DNA of 64,000 nt from Camelus ferus (lineage: Eukaryota): positions 75,084,001 to 75,148,000 of the forward strand of contig NC_045696.1 in assembly GCF_009834535.1 (NCBI RefSeq), given 5' to 3'. The position numbers were made by a program, and so were the translations under genes. Below, one piece after another: positions 62,001 through 64,000 of this stretch. Numbering within the stretch: position 1 is the first letter of the stretch; each line of letters opens with the position of its first letter. Below the pieces are notes generated by a model that saw only the letters and a program-made list of their open reading frames with translations, ran no database searches and was not told the origin of the DNA.

Positions 62001-64000
62001 TGGCTCTTGAAGCAGACAACCAAGGCCAGGACAGAATCCAGTCTAGGGGCAAGGCAGCAGGGGCAGAAACACGCAGGGTGCTGGGTGCAGTGGCTGCTAT
62101 GTTGGTGACCCCACCAGTCTGGTCTATGACTTAATTTTTGTTTTGGTCCTGGCTGCTGCCAAACTTCCTTTATTTCTGTGTGTTTTCCTATCCTGTTTCT
62201 CCACCTTTTCTGGTGATTCTGGAAACTATTCAGAAATCTTAAATATTTTTTTCCTTCTAAATCAGCTAAAGCCTTTTGTTATTTGCAGCTAAGAACTCAG
62301 ATTGATAGAGTGCACCTCCCAGTTCCACTCAGAAAATGGAAGATTTCAACCATCTCCAAGGAGCCTTGAAATATAGACTAGAAAGAATTTTGGAGATAAT
62401 CTTGTCACCTGAATATAGTGAAGGATTCATTTCCTTCAGTGGAAAGAGCTAGAAATGTCTGGGCTCCTCAGGTCCTCATTGTCACTTGCCAGCTATAGGA
62501 TATTAGGACAATCAGTTAATTCCCTGGGTTACATTTTTATGTATATGTGTGTATGTATATGTATATAACCTTTAAAGTGAGGGAGTTAGACTTGAATTTC
62601 CTTTAGATTTGGAATTCTATGACTTTTAATCAGATTCAGAAACTTTAGATTTTAGATCATAGCTCCTAATTCTGAATTCTCAGTCCCACTAAATACATTA
62701 CGCTGAGTAAGTATAAATACTAATTAAACTATCAAGGAGGTGTGCAGGGAGTAAATCTACACCCTTTTTTTGAAGTTTAAATCCATTTGACCTTTTGATA
62801 AATTAGTAGCAGCACAGATATCCAGATGGAATCATTTGTGGATGAAGGGACAATGTGTGCTCATGTTCATAGCTGAAGACACGAATTAGTCTTTCAGAAT
62901 TATAAATTATTAGTTTCCTCTATTATAGCTTCTCAGCTTATAAAAGGAAGTTCTTAAATGTTGTTAATATTGTGTGTGTTAAGTATGATGTCTTTCCCAA
63001 TAGCATTCAAAGACCCAAAAATCTTATCTCAGGTGAAAGTTTGAAGATTGAAACCAGAGATAGTTTACCTGTATGTTCATGGAAGGCACAGGTCAGTAAA
63101 CTTTACACTGTCAAGTTGGTGTTTGGATAATGAAAATTTCAATCTGCTTCCTGTGATGCAGAACCCAGCAGTGGCAGAAGCATGAATATTCATAGTAATT
63201 TAGTGCTCGAAAAGACCTGGTTAACTTCTATATTTTATAGGTGAGAAAAAAGAGGCTGACAGATTAAATGACTTGTCCAAGATCATGTCACGACCTTCAA
63301 ATTCAGTGGTAGATTTGAGACTAGAACCCAGGACTTACATCGTAAGCAATATGATGGCTGAGATGGTGTTTCTCTTGATCACTGTTGAGACCCAGAGCCT
63401 TGTGCGTAGTGGGCACTTCATCATTAAATGTTGACAGTCAGTCAATTCCAGCACAGTGGAATTTTTGCTATGACATGTATACTGAGGAATCTGAAAAAAA
63501 ATATTCAAAGATTTGATTTAAAAAAAGCAAGACTTAATATTTTAATGCTGGGAGCCAGTGATTAATGCTTATGTTTAGATTCAAGTTGCTCAAATCTGTG
63601 ACTGTGAATATAGTATGGAAATAGATGAAAACTGGCCTCAGTCTTTCATTCTGAAAGCTCGAGTTGGTGTAGGATGATGGTGACATTTCTCTCTCTTTAA
63701 ACAGTTTATCAGAATATTAATATTGATGTAGAGCAGGTGGTGGGGCCGTTTAACCTGTGCTCTAATTAACAGGCCATTAAGATTCTATCAAGGTATCTGA
63801 AATATGCACAGCATGGCTCAGGGACGGTTCTCTCTTCCCAGTTGTGTAAGGATTATTTGGGTAAGGTTTTGATCTGAAATATTTACAGTGTATTAAATTG
63901 TATGGGCACTTATTTGAATGTGACTAAAGCAGAAAAGCAAATCTTCTCCAACAGTGTATAATGATAAAGTTAAAATGTAGTTTATCATATCAGACTGTTA

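Overview
Mammalian genomic DNA, probably camelid: it has two tRNA-Ala-derived SINEs of the Vic-1 type, and I saw no Alu, Bov-tA/BovB, PRE-1 or SINEC. The window holds the complete ZMAT3 (Wig-1) gene on the + strand. This comprises a CpG-island promoter, non-coding exon 1 (donor after 2577), a perfect p53 response element in intron 1 (3988-4007), and five coding exons (6100-6369, 22040-22159, 24487-24653, 24775-24875, 26773-26984) that join into a 289-aa three-zinc-finger protein. A 3' UTR of about 6.9 kb follows. About 16 kb downstream, on the - strand, is a 5'-truncated processed pseudogene of PLXND1 with its 3' UTR, poly(A) tail and target-site duplication. It lies between two LTRs of different families in the same orientation. 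The rest is ordinary interspersed repeat (L1, L2, MIR, MER96B, MER5, MLT1, MER21, ERV solo LTRs, microsatellites). I found no clearly new biological system. The best leads are regulatory: an out-of-frame uORF overlapping the ZMAT3 start, a stop-introducing tandem splice donor at exon 4, the LTR-flanked PLXND1 retrocopy, and a solo LTR with a CCAAT/octamer array. Repeat family names and old-repeat boundaries come from recognition, not from database searches.
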